Source: a virus
Virus record (IMG/VR): IMGVR_UViG_3300031823_000003
Location: 1-64,000 of that record
Length of the DNA stretch: 64,000 bases
Strand: one strand, 5' to 3'
Made by a program: the position numbers and the translations under genes. The notes under the pieces are model-generated. The model worked only from the letters and a program-made list of their open reading frames with translations. It made no database searches and was not told the origin of the DNA. Below are positions 1 through 8,688 of the stretch, one piece after another (the first letter of the stretch is position 1; each line of letters opens with the position of its first letter).

Positions 1-139
1 GAGCACAGGCACGAGCACAGGCACGAGCACAGGCACGAGCACAGGCACGAGCACAGGCACGAGCACAGGCACGAGCACAGGCACGAGCACAGGCACGAGC
101 ACAGGCACGAGCACAGGCACGAGCACAGGCACGAGCACA
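1..139 (+). repeat. Tandem 12-bp repeat (GAGCACAGGCAC)x11+, running off the window edge; in frame with the polymerase as (STGT)n
   Basis: Read directly. Frame +2 is stop-free from position 2 into the 182 ORF. Confidence 0.95.
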
Positions 140-181
140 CGTCCGTCATTCCGCCGCTACGATCCATTTGCCAATCGGCCA

Positions 182-2767
182 TTGCGACCAGTCCCTCCTG
201 TTGGTCCGGTTCCCGCCCGCGTCTATCTGATAGGTGAAAAACCGGGACGTGATGAAGCGCGGCGCGGCGTGCCCTTTGTCGGTAAGTCCGGGCAGATATT
301 GTCAGTATGCCTGTCTGCCGCCAACGTCGAACGCTCCGAATGCCGGATCAATAATCTGGTATCCACGTTTACTGAATATTCCAAACCGACCACCGAAGAG
401 ATCGCCCGCGACCATGATGCGCTGGCCGCTGACATTTTGATGTGTGATCCGGAAGTGATCGGGCTAGTCGGTGCATACGCCGTCGAGCATGTACTTGGCA
501 ACGGTCCCGCTGAGATGGAGCGTGTACACGGGATACCTCAGCATGTAGATGCGCTATTCGGCGGCGAACTGCCCCGCGACGGTGGATGGACGATCATTCC
601 TCTCCTGCATCCCGCCGGGGCTGTGCATGCTCCGGACTCCATGCCACTGATCCTTGATGATGTTCTGCAACTGGGCCGACTCCTCGATCACGAAATCGCG
701 GTGCGCGAACCTGATCCCTATGCCGGAAAAGAGGATTACCGCGACTACCCGTATACAGGCGGCACAGTCATCATCAACAAGCCTGCCGGATGCGACACCG
801 AAGGCAGCCGCGAGCACCCGTGGTGCATGACGGCGAGTACGCGACCGGGAACCGGGAGATTATTCAAGCCCGGATGGAGAGTCAGGTTCAAGGACAAAGT
901 TTACCTTTGGAACGCACTGCATGATTTAGGCGTATTGAGAGAGTTAGGAATTGAACTGGAAGACGGGCAGTATGTTGATCTGATGATCTATAGTTATTTG
1001 CTTTGTGTCGCCCCCCAAGGCTTGAAGCCATCGGCGTATAGAAATTGCGGCATGCACCAGGATGACTATGACGATATAGTCCGCGATGCCCGACTGGATA
1101 AAGCCATGAACTATCTGCTGGCGGCGGCGGACCAAGAGTGGCCGAAAGCCGAACCACAGGTAATCGCTGAACGTGGGACATATCGAGTGTATAAGCCTAG
1201 ATCGGTTAATTTCCGCATCAACAAGATACTCGATGACTGGACCAAGTGGCAGATAGGGGACCGCGAAGAGGAAGTGGATTTACGGAAGCGCTGGCGCGAG
1301 GTAGTAAGCAAGTCTCCGGAAGTAGCGGCACCCGTGATCACGGCAATGGGCGACATGCCGGACGCTACTCTGGATGACGTGCCGTATGCCAAGGCGCAGA
1401 GGTATGCGATCAGGGATAGCGATGCCACACTTCGCATGGCTCCAATATTAGAGCAAAAGATCAAGGATATGGGACTTGAGCAGATCGCCGAAATCGACCA
1501 TGCGATCCTGCCCATGCTGGATTCCATGCAGCAGAACGGGATCAGGCTGGCATACACGCCATTTTGGGACGATATCGAAGCTCAGTGCGAAGCGCAGATG
1601 TCTAGGGCCCAGTTTGAGATATTCAAACTAACTGGTGAAGATGTCAATCCGGCATCGGGGGACCAGGTTGCAGAATTACTTTACGGCAAACTGGGAATGA
1701 CGCCGCCAAAGTATACGGACAGTGGTGAACGCGGATCAGTGAATGCCGTATGCCTTGAATCCCTGTTAGGCCAGCATCCGGTCATCCAGCACATCATGGA
1801 TTTCACCGAAGCCAGCAAGATCAGAGGGACGTATGTGGAACCACTACGGTTACTCTGTACAGTTGGCGACCGTAGAGTGCGGTCCACGATACGATCGACT
1901 CGCACTACGACGGGCAGGCTGGCAATGGCTGATCCGCCGTTGCACCAGATTCCGATTATGACCGATCTGGGGAAGCAACTGCGTGACGGGTTTATTGCCG
2001 AGTCCGGGTGCGTGCTGTATGACATTGACGTTAACCAACTGGAAATGCGTATTATGGCGCACGACTCCCGCGATGAGGAACTGTGCTGGCTGTTCCATGA
2101 AAACCGCGACATTCACGCTGAAACTGCGTGCAGCATATTCTCGGTGCCGATGTCGGCGCTGAGCGTGGGAGCTAACGGTAAGATCAACGACTATCGGAGG
2201 ATTGTGGCCAAGCACGCGGCGTTCGGTATCATCAACGGTATCACCGAACACGGTCTGGTTAATTACATGATACTCAATCGATGTCGGCGACCGGATGGCG
2301 AACCTTGGACGGTGGATGATTGTGTAATCATGCGCGCGGAGTGGTTCAAGAAGTACAAGGGCGTAAAGAGGTTCCATGAGGAGTGTATGGAAGAGACGCG
2401 GCAGACAGGACTAGCGCGCGAGACTATTGGTGGCCGGATCATCTATCTGCCTCAGGTATGGAGTCCGGACAAGCGGGTCAGGGAAAGCGCGGAGAGAATG
2501 AGCTATGTCATGCATACACAGGGCGGCGGACAGTCGCTGATTAAGCGGTGCATGGCGGTGGTGTGGCGGGAAGTGTGCAAGGTGTATATAGAGGTAAAGT
2601 CGTTGTTGCAAATGCACGATGAATTGCTGTTTGAGTTGCCGGATGATGCAGGATTGAAGAAAGATGTTGATGAGACCTGTACCCGGATTATGTGTAATGC
2701 GGTCAAGTTGAGAGTTCCGGTGCTGGCCGATGGCGGGTTCGGGATGTCTTGGGGGACGGCGCACTGA
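182..2767 (+). CDS. polA: Family A DNA polymerase with N-terminal uracil-DNA glycosylase (family 4-like) domain and 3'-5' exonuclease; true start may lie upstream of the window
   Basis: UDG motifs GEKPGRDE..PFVGKSG and LHPA. Exo motifs DTE, WNALHDL, YAIRD. Pol motifs TGRL..PPLHQIP, DVNQLEMRIMAH, RRIVAKHAAFGIING, QMHDEL. Confidence 0.93.
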   Translation: MRPVPPVGPVPARVYLIGEKPGRDEARRGVPFVGKSGQILSVCLSAANVERSECRINNLVSTFTEYSKPTTEEIARDHDALAADILMCDPEVIGLVGAYAVEHVLGNGPAEMERVHGIPQHVDALFGGELPRDGGWTIIPLLHPAGAVHAPDSMPLILDDVLQLGRLLDHEIAVREPDPYAGKEDYRDYPYTGGTVIINKPAGCDTEGSREHPWCMTASTRPGTGRLFKPGWRVRFKDKVYLWNALHDLGVLRELGIELEDGQYVDLMIYSYLLCVAPQGLKPSAYRNCGMHQDDYDDIVRDARLDKAMNYLLAAADQEWPKAEPQVIAERGTYRVYKPRSVNFRINKILDDWTKWQIGDREEEVDLRKRWREVVSKSPEVAAPVITAMGDMPDATLDDVPYAKAQRYAIRDSDATLRMAPILEQKIKDMGLEQIAEIDHAILPMLDSMQQNGIRLAYTPFWDDIEAQCEAQMSRAQFEIFKLTGEDVNPASGDQVAELLYGKLGMTPPKYTDSGERGSVNAVCLESLLGQHPVIQHIMDFTEASKIRGTYVEPLRLLCTVGDRRVRSTIRSTRTTTGRLAMADPPLHQIPIMTDLGKQLRDGFIAESGCVLYDIDVNQLEMRIMAHDSRDEELCWLFHENRDIHAETACSIFSVPMSALSVGANGKINDYRRIVAKHAAFGIINGITEHGLVNYMILNRCRRPDGEPWTVDDCVIMRAEWFKKYKGVKRFHEECMEETRQTGLARETIGGRIIYLPQVWSPDKRVRESAERMSYVMHTQGGGQSLIKRCMAVVWREVCKVYIEVKSLLQMHDELLFELPDDAGLKKDVDETCTRIMCNAVKLRVPVLADGGFGMSWGTAH

Positions 2768-2780
2768 TCGACAATTATCT

Positions 2781-3260
2781 ATGTATACCGATGCCTTCCT
2801 CTCCGATGACCGTAAGTACAGATATTGGCTAATCCGCATCTGGGATTACTCGCTGCCCATCATGGGAAATATCGGAGTCAATCCCTCGGTCGCGGATGAG
2901 CGCGATAACGACCCGACGATTCGCAAAGATATCGGATTCGGCGAGCGCCTAGGATTTGGTGGAGTGCTCAAGCTCAATGTCGCCGCGCTAAGGTCTACTG
3001 ATCCGGTGGCGTGCAGGAACGCTTATGCGCCGATAGGGCTGTTTAACGACGCGAGCAATCTTGTAAGCTACTGTGAATTGTTCGAGGTGAGCAAAGTGGC
3101 CGCCGCCTGGGGACGCAATGGCCGCTGGTTTCCCTATGAGACTAAGCGTATAGTGGCGGCGTTACCCGAACTGTGGTGTTGGGGAATGAATAGCGATGGG
3201 ACGCCGCGACACACTTTGATGACGCCGTATGCGACGGAGCTAGTCAGGTACAGAGGGTAA
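2781..3260 (+). CDS. DUF1643-family protein
   Basis: S.D.KYRY.L.R.W...GVNPS.AD...DPTIR...NV.ALRSTDP...AWG...N.DG.PRH pattern. ATG at 2781 follows the polA stop. Confidence 0.85.
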   Translation: MYTDAFLSDDRKYRYWLIRIWDYSLPIMGNIGVNPSVADERDNDPTIRKDIGFGERLGFGGVLKLNVAALRSTDPVACRNAYAPIGLFNDASNLVSYCELFEVSKVAAAWGRNGRWFPYETKRIVAALPELWCWGMNSDGTPRHTLMTPYATELVRYRG

Positions 3261-3265
3261 GCATA

Positions 3266-3646
3266 ATGGACATCGTTACCGTCGCAATGGGCCGCAAGAA
3301 TTCCGCTGGAGATTGGATCGTCACCGAGCGTGTTGAATCGGTATGCATCCCGACCAGTGTTACTCAGATCGCAATCACTCCCTGTGTGCCGGATGTGCGC
3401 GTATCGTCCGCATCGGGGTACAATCTGACCCACGTACAGAGCGGGTACTTTTTGCTGGGGCCGTTTGCAACCATTGCCGAGGCTCAGAGCGCGGCGGATA
3501 TACTGGCGGATATATTACCGGTCGAGGACTGGAACATTATGGGGCAAATATCGCGGAGCTGGCAGCGGTCGCAGGTGAAAGCGATGTTCGGGAGGCTGAC
3601 ACCTGAGCAGCAGAAGTGGATGCGGGAACGGGGAGCAAAGTTGTAA
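3266..3646 (+). CDS. Hypothetical protein
   Basis: Tightly packed ORF in the + strand operon. Confidence 0.6.
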   Translation: MDIVTVAMGRKNSAGDWIVTERVESVCIPTSVTQIAITPCVPDVRVSSASGYNLTHVQSGYFLLGPFATIAEAQSAADILADILPVEDWNIMGQISRSWQRSQVKAMFGRLTPEQQKWMRERGAKL

Positions 3647-4113
3647 TCGCGGGTGATGGGCAATTGGACGTTGGGCTGCCGATGGCGAAATACAGGAACG
3701 GTCAGCACATCCATAAAAAAGGCTATCCGCGTATGTCGGCGGGTCCCCTCCGGCACCAACTCCTACACAGGCTAATTGCAGCAGCGATGATCGGCAGGGA
3801 TTTGAAGAAAGACGAATCCGTTCACCATAAAGACGGCAATCGGCTCAACTGTCACTGGTCTAATTTGATTATCATGGGATTCAAGGATCACGGCTGGGTC
3901 AGCAGTAAGCAAGAGTGGTATATGCGGGAAAAAGACAGGCGCGAGAAATTGCAGTGGGACGAGTACATGGCCGAAAAAGACGCCGAGTTCCGTGATGAAG
4001 TGAGCGCCGCCAAGGCTGAGGGAGTGCCGTGGCAGAATACGCATATCGACGGGGAGATGCAGCAGGAATGGGAGGCACGGATCAATGTCGATGCCAGTGG
4101 CAGTGGAGATTAA
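3616..4113 (+). CDS. HNH endonuclease-like protein
   Basis: GY..M....LLHRLIA...VHHKDGNRLNCHWSNL motif. Start may be the ATG at 3682. Confidence 0.8.
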   Translation: MDAGTGSKVVIAGDGQLDVGLPMAKYRNGQHIHKKGYPRMSAGPLRHQLLHRLIAAAMIGRDLKKDESVHHKDGNRLNCHWSNLIIMGFKDHGWVSSKQEWYMREKDRREKLQWDEYMAEKDAEFRDEVSAAKAEGVPWQNTHIDGEMQQEWEARINVDASGSGD

Positions 4114-4333
4114 GGACAGTCATGCGAAGTTGAACTGCGCGGCGGTGATGAGGACAGTACTGGTCGATTCACATAATCGCCTGCGGCAATCGAAAATAAA
4201 TTGCGGAAGCTCCAATGATACGCATGAATACTGGGTTGTAGGGCCGCTGGGCAGGGTGCGAGTGAGATTATGCAAGGTGCATCATACGCCGGATAGTGCG
4301 TCAAGCGCTCCAAGTGATGCTGTCACGCCCTGA
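4085..4333 (+). CDS. Hypothetical small Cys/His protein
   Basis: ORF overlaps the HNH end; C..H..C..H residues. Confidence 0.35.
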   Translation: MSMPVAVEIKDSHAKLNCAAVMRTVLVDSHNRLRQSKINCGSSNDTHEYWVVGPLGRVRVRLCKVHHTPDSASSAPSDAVTP

Positions 4334-4344
4334 TATTTTTTTCC

Positions 4345-4373
4345 TTGACATCGTATACGACTTGCACTACTCT
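4345..4373 (+). promoter_or_regulatory. Sigma70-type promoter TTGACA-N17-TACTCT with palindromic TCGTATACGA in the spacer
   Basis: Consensus -35, 17-bp spacer, TAnnnT -10; lies upstream of the AbrB-like gene. Confidence 0.7.
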
Positions 4374-4416
4374 CCTGTCAGTACAGGGATTCACGAATAA
4401 TAGTGAATAGGCACAC

Positions 4417-4692
4417 TTGGCAATGTCATCCTCAGTCACAGATCCGAATGGGCGTACTCGATCGGCGGGCGTAACCGTGGATGCCGTAGATGATGTGTCG
4501 ATCACTGTCACCCGGTCTGTCAAAGTCTGGCGGTCCAGCTACAAGACCAACATGCTGCTGATGTCCATTCCCATTGATGTGGCTGAGCTGACCGGGATCA
4601 AGGACGGAGACATGCTGCTGATTAAGGCGAACGCCGAGGGGCAGATGATGATTGTGAAAGCGGATGCCATAGCGGCGGGGACAGGGGTATAG
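4417..4692 (+). CDS. AbrB/MazE-like DNA-binding protein
   Basis: MSIPIDVAELTGIKDGDMLLI matches the AbrB 'IP..+.+.LGI..GD.+' signature. Confidence 0.7.
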   Translation: MAMSSSVTDPNGRTRSAGVTVDAVDDVSITVTRSVKVWRSSYKTNMLLMSIPIDVAELTGIKDGDMLLIKANAEGQMMIVKADAIAAGTGV

Positions 4693-4696
4693 GGAC

Positions 4697-5308
4697 ATGA
4701 ATACCGGACAGTCCATAACGTTTCCAGAGTACTCCGGCATCCGGTGTCTCATGATGCCGTACATTCAAGGCGATCCCGATTCTGTTCTCAGAGATTATGC
4801 TCCGTACCGTGACATCCTGGCCGAACTGGTTATCGAACGTGGACGCATCGGATTCCTGACCATTGATGAGTCACCTGTCACCGCCGGGACCCCTCACCGG
4901 GGAGCACGGGCAAAATATGGGCGGGCATTACATACAGAAGTGGGCCGCGACCCGAACCGGATTTACTGCTGGGGCAGCGGAGGCTGGCACAAGCCACCTC
5001 ACCGCGTAACGCTAGACCGCGATACGCAGATACTCCTGGCTAATAATCTTGACGACAGCTGCGCGGTGTGGGACGCCGAGCATGAGAATACCTCACCGGA
5101 TGGCGATATCGGGTATATGGCTGATTTGTATCCGTATAGCAATGCCACGTTTATTAAAAGCGGCGAGGTGCACAAGATTGGTATCTTCACTCCTCATGAG
5201 AGCATGCCAGCTGAGCATGATTTCAACAGGCAGTTCCTGCGTATCGTGTCGTCCGGTGTTCATGGGCGCGAGGAATATTTTACCGAAAACGAACTTGTAC
5301 CATTGTAG
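4697..5308 (+). CDS. Hypothetical protein, possible 2OG-Fe(II) dioxygenase-like fold
   Basis: H-x-E (LHTE), distal HES and RQFLR spaced like a double-stranded beta-helix oxygenase (inference). Confidence 0.45.
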   Translation: MNTGQSITFPEYSGIRCLMMPYIQGDPDSVLRDYAPYRDILAELVIERGRIGFLTIDESPVTAGTPHRGARAKYGRALHTEVGRDPNRIYCWGSGGWHKPPHRVTLDRDTQILLANNLDDSCAVWDAEHENTSPDGDIGYMADLYPYSNATFIKSGEVHKIGIFTPHESMPAEHDFNRQFLRIVSSGVHGREEYFTENELVPL

Positions 5309-5312
5309 TGAT

Positions 5313-5531
5313 ATGACAGCCAAAGAAGCTAAGATCGGCATGCGTGTCCGGGTATCGGAAAATAAGCCAGACGGATCGCCTCATCCGCATGCCGGAAAGA
5401 CTGGGCGTATAGAGCACATTCATTACCTCGTTGGGCCGCAGCCCACAGCGCATGTATTGATCGACAAGGGATTTAGCGAGGCCGGACGGATAGCTGTGGT
5501 ATCGCCGGCAAGTTTGACAAAGGAAGGTTGA
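5313..5531 (+). CDS. Small KOW/SH3-like protein
   Basis: MTAKEAKIGMRVRV...HAGKTGRI pattern; C-terminal part of the 5049 ORF. Confidence 0.5.
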   Translation: MTAKEAKIGMRVRVSENKPDGSPHPHAGKTGRIEHIHYLVGPQPTAHVLIDKGFSEAGRIAVVSPASLTKEG

Positions 5532-5974
5532 ATAATTTTATGAGCCTCAATCGTTCGCAACTCGCAACCCTCGCCAGTGAGATCGAGCAGTCGCTGCCGA
5601 CGCCGGAATGGGATACGGTCCCGGAACTCAAACGGTTCCGCCATGAGATTACAGGCAAGGATGGCAAGAAGGCGAAGCTGTCGTTCGATCAGATGGTCGT
5701 CAAGTATAAGGAATTGGACGCCGAAATAAAGTTCCGCGAGAAGATCAAGGCGGACCTGAAAGACGGCCTCGAAGCCGCCATGCTTATTGCCGATTGTGCC
5801 GAATGTGAGTGCGAAGGCTATCCTGTGCAGAGGATCACCAAGCAGGGGAGCCGGAAGATTAGCGCTGAGAGACTGCTGGGCGCGGGTGTTTCAGCGGATA
5901 CGATTGCACACTGCACCGAGGTCGGGCCGGAGGTCACTTACGTTCAGATCGGCAAGCCAAAGAAAGATCATTAA
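5528..5974 (+). CDS. Hypothetical phage protein (coiled coil plus short beta region)
   Basis: Coupled ORF; AAGGAAGG upstream. Confidence 0.6.
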   Translation: MNNFMSLNRSQLATLASEIEQSLPTPEWDTVPELKRFRHEITGKDGKKAKLSFDQMVVKYKELDAEIKFREKIKADLKDGLEAAMLIADCAECECEGYPVQRITKQGSRKISAERLLGAGVSADTIAHCTEVGPEVTYVQIGKPKKDH

Positions 5975-6545
5975 TACAGGTTTCGGCAGTCTCAAAGCCC
6001 GCTTGGCCCGAGGCTGATATGGTCAACAGTACCCGAATACCGATTCCTACACTTACTCTCGAAGGAGAGCAGATAGAAGGGATAGGGAACGTTGCATGTG
6101 AGCGCTCACATGTCCAACGCAACTAGGGGCATCGCAGGCATGCGGTGGATCGGGCAGAGAGAAAAAACCGATGGGACTGCCGAATATTAGTTCGCACCGG
6201 GCGGCCACTCATAACGCCAACAGGCATATGCTGTGAGCACGGATTACAGTTCACGGACTGACAGCCGCCCGGTATCACAGTTTTACTTAGGATCGTTGAA
6301 AGGTATCGCGTCTTGATGACTATTTCATCTTCGTCTTCTGCTCGATCGCACCGTATGAAATCCAGTCCCCGCACCTCACGGCCTTTACGCTCCGATGATG
6401 CAGTATCTCAGTACAACACCGATGTCAGTGGCGGGCAGCCAGTGTACAGGTGCGTCGAGAACGGCTGCCGGGAGATACCGATACATACGCATCAGCGGAG
6501 ACCGTATCTGGTGTGGAGCAAGTCTCGGAGCACGGGTAAAGCTGA

Positions 6546-6809
6546 GTGATGATGGAGATCAAAGCATACAAATGCGATGCTTGCGGTAGGGAGCGGCAGC
6601 AAGCGAACCACTGGTTCGTAGCCCGGATCGGCGAGGCATTCCATATCTATCACTGGGAGTTTTTCTACGGCGAGTGTGATGGGGAGGGCAGCAAAGATAC
6701 CAGTATTGATATTAAGCATATCTGCGGACAGGAGTGTCTCGGGAAAATGTTGCAGCCTTTCCTCGACAAGCGTTCGCAGCCGCAAGAGAGTACAATTCAA
6801 GGCCAATAG
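6546..6809 (+). CDS. Zn-finger hypothetical protein
   Basis: CDACG ... HICGQEC motifs. Confidence 0.65.
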   Translation: MMMEIKAYKCDACGRERQQANHWFVARIGEAFHIYHWEFFYGECDGEGSKDTSIDIKHICGQECLGKMLQPFLDKRSQPQESTIQGQ

Positions 6810-6836
6810 AGATATACATATACAGGAGAACATCCA

Positions 6837-7442
6837 ATGATGCTTACCCGCCGCAAGTTTGCAACCGCTTCTATTGCCACCGCTGTCGGCATGAGCGTGA
6901 GTATCCCCTTTGAATCCGCCTGCACTTTCTCTTCGGTGTTCGCCAATATCGAAAAGTACGTCCCGGTCGGGCTGCAAGCCGTATCAGCGGTATTGTCAAT
7001 ACTTACCGGAAACGGGATTGCCGTGGCGGGAGTGTCCGGGATCATCGCTCTTATCAAAGTGGCATTCGCCGATTTGTCGGCGGCGGTGTCGCAATATCAG
7101 AATGCCCCAGCGGGACAAAAAACAGGATTGCTCGGAGCGATATCCGAAACCATGACCGTGCTCGAAGCCAATATCCAGAAGCTATGGTCGGACCTGTCAA
7201 TCCCCGATGCCAGGCTCAGTTCGCTTATAGAAGGGTTATTGGGGGTGATTACGACTACTCTGTCGGGATTTATGACGCAACTGCCTGCCCCTGTGTCCCC
7301 GGCGGCGCAGACAGCCAAGACGATGAAGATGGGTTTGGCGAAACAGTTGCCGTCGAATCCCGTACAGCGGTCGCCGAAACAGTTCAAGCGTGATTTCAAT
7401 GCGGCGCTGGGAAATTCGTATGCCCAGCACGCGATCAACTAG
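6837..7442 (+). CDS. Putative exported/membrane protein with twin-arginine-like signal
   Basis: AGGAGA RBS; LTRRKF followed by a hydrophobic stretch and ESAC. Confidence 0.7.
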   Translation: MMLTRRKFATASIATAVGMSVSIPFESACTFSSVFANIEKYVPVGLQAVSAVLSILTGNGIAVAGVSGIIALIKVAFADLSAAVSQYQNAPAGQKTGLLGAISETMTVLEANIQKLWSDLSIPDARLSSLIEGLLGVITTTLSGFMTQLPAPVSPAAQTAKTMKMGLAKQLPSNPVQRSPKQFKRDFNAALGNSYAQHAIN

Positions 7443-7456
7443 GCGGCTCGCGCTCA

Positions 7457-7897
7457 GTGAATGCGTCTAACCGTATCGCGGTCCACTGCCGGTATTGCAA
7501 TCTCAATCAGTACGAAACTGTGTCCCGCAAGTGCCGGAGGTGCGGGAAATGGCTGTACAAGCAGGACGAGGATAAAGACAAGAACAAGGGCGAAGAGACT
7601 TTGCCTGCATCGGACGTATTGGCTACATCAGTAGTATCTCCATGCATACACTACGATTCCTACTCGTTCTGGTTTCCACTCATTATCACCGCTCTGCGCG
7701 AGTTAAACGGTCTGTCACAACGCCAATATGCTCATCAGGTAGGCGTGAGCAGGCAGTACCTGAGCCGGATCGAGCGCGGGCACACCATACCCTATGTAAG
7801 ATTAATGCCGAAGTTTACAGATGGACTAGGTGTGTCGATGCACAGGATGCTGGAACTGTGCGAGGCGTGCATGGCGGCTACGGCTATGACAGGATAA
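7457..7897 (+). CDS. Zn-ribbon plus XRE-family HTH transcriptional regulator
   Basis: CRYC..CRRC; LRELNGLSQRQYAHQVGVSRQYLSRIERG. Confidence 0.85.
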   Translation: MNASNRIAVHCRYCNLNQYETVSRKCRRCGKWLYKQDEDKDKNKGEETLPASDVLATSVVSPCIHYDSYSFWFPLIITALRELNGLSQRQYAHQVGVSRQYLSRIERGHTIPYVRLMPKFTDGLGVSMHRMLELCEACMAATAMTG

Positions 7898-7901
7898 TAG
7901 G

Positions 7902-8303
7902 CTATGGAATGATCACCGGAAACCTCATCGGGTCGGTGATGGACTCGTAAGGCGACTGGTACCTCTGTATAAACGAACACAAGCTGCAAGCAATCACTGC
8001 TACGCTTATCTGTTGTACGTTGTCATAGTCTCGAAATATTGTTATGCAATTCTGCCAGTGACCGCAGCCGCAAACCCATAAACCTGAATTTTCGGCCCAA
8101 ATTTGACCGCTCGTAGGGTAAGCCAAAAACGGCTGGTTAACCTGCTGTTGCGGAAAAACCGTTGTGTTAGGGCCATTTGGCTGACTCCACCGCGTCCCAC
8201 CGAAGTTCTTGATATATAGCGTTCCTTGGGGCGGAAGATTTCCGGCAGGCATAGTCAATTCCTCTCGCGTGAATGTTACTATACTGTTGTCTGTCTGTGC
8301 CAT
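7902..8303 (-). CDS. Hypothetical protein with C-terminal Zn-binding motif
   Basis: CGCGH...CSLC. Start is either 8303 or the internal ATG (MPAG) preceded by GAGGA. Confidence 0.6.
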   Translation of the reverse strand: MAQTDNSIVTFTREELTMPAGNLPPQGTLYIKNFGGTRWSQPNGPNTTVFPQQQVNQPFLAYPTSGQIWAENSGLWVCGCGHWQNCITIFRDYDNVQQISVAVIACSLCSFIQRYQSPYESITDPMRFPVIIP

Positions 8304-8384
8304 GCTTAGCCGTGTTCAGCTATGTATCCGCTCAGCTCAGCCATGTCATGCCGCGTTGCGCCGAGTCTTGCTGTGGTTTGTATC
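8299..8384 (+). repeat. Pentamer array 1: 17 units of G-Y-Y-N-N (one 1-nt slip at 8329); candidate guide ncRNA
   Basis: gccat gctta gccgt gttca gctat gtatc c gctca gctca gccat gtcat gccgc gttgc gccga gtctt gctgt ggttt gtatc. Confidence 0.85.
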
Positions 8385-8385
8385 A

Positions 8386-8432
8386 GGCCGGGAGACTCCA
8401 ATCTTCGATGGTCTTCCGGCCCGCTATTTTTT
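8386..8432 (+). terminator. Hairpin (GGCCGGGAGAC...TTCG...GTCTTCCGGCC) plus T-tract directly after array 1
   Basis: 11-bp outer stem with one G-U pair, C(UUCG)-type loop, TATTTTTT downstream. Confidence 0.7.
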
Positions 8433-8434
8433 CC

Positions 8435-8463
8435 TTGACTGATTAACTTAATTAAGTTAATTT
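8435..8463 (+). promoter_or_regulatory. Promoter TTGACT-N17-TAATTT overlapped by a perfect 20-bp palindrome ATTAACTTAATTAAGTTAAT (8442-8461)
   Basis: Read directly; the -10 lies 6 nt before the GTG of the HTH gene. Confidence 0.75.
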
Positions 8464-8469
8464 GTTCAT

Positions 8470-8685
8470 GTGAGCGGGCACAAGCATTATACGGAACAGC
8501 ACCTTCGTAGTCTTCTTAAAAAACACCTTCACTTTGGCGATATGCATCAATCCGCGCTGGCTCGGCGCATCGGTGTGTCTCCGGCGTTTTTATCAAAGGC
8601 GCTGGGAGGAGAGCCGTTGACGGGGAAGATTGTGAAATGGCTGGGGTACAGGAGAGTGAAGATCAGAGTTTTTGAAAAGTTGTGA
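8470..8685 (+). CDS. Small Cro/XRE-like HTH protein of the pentamer-array cassette
   Basis: QSALARRIGVSPAFLSKALGG HTH. Confidence 0.8.
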   Translation: MSGHKHYTEQHLRSLLKKHLHFGDMHQSALARRIGVSPAFLSKALGGEPLTGKIVKWLGYRRVKIRVFEKL

Positions 8686-8688
8686 TCC

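Noticed and set aside
5975-6545. Gap with several short overlapping ORFs; possible ncRNA or origin
   Set aside because: No recognisable motif, repeat or consistent structure was found by eye.
8252-8261. Concatenated NN of array 1 units 2-6 (TAGTCAATTC) equals the sequence ~50 bp upstream
   Set aside because: Only 10 nt and found post hoc, so chance cannot be excluded without a shuffled control.
8209-8442. 77-aa ORF across array 1
   Set aside because: TTG start, overlaps an opposite-strand gene and a terminator; a by-product of the repeat.
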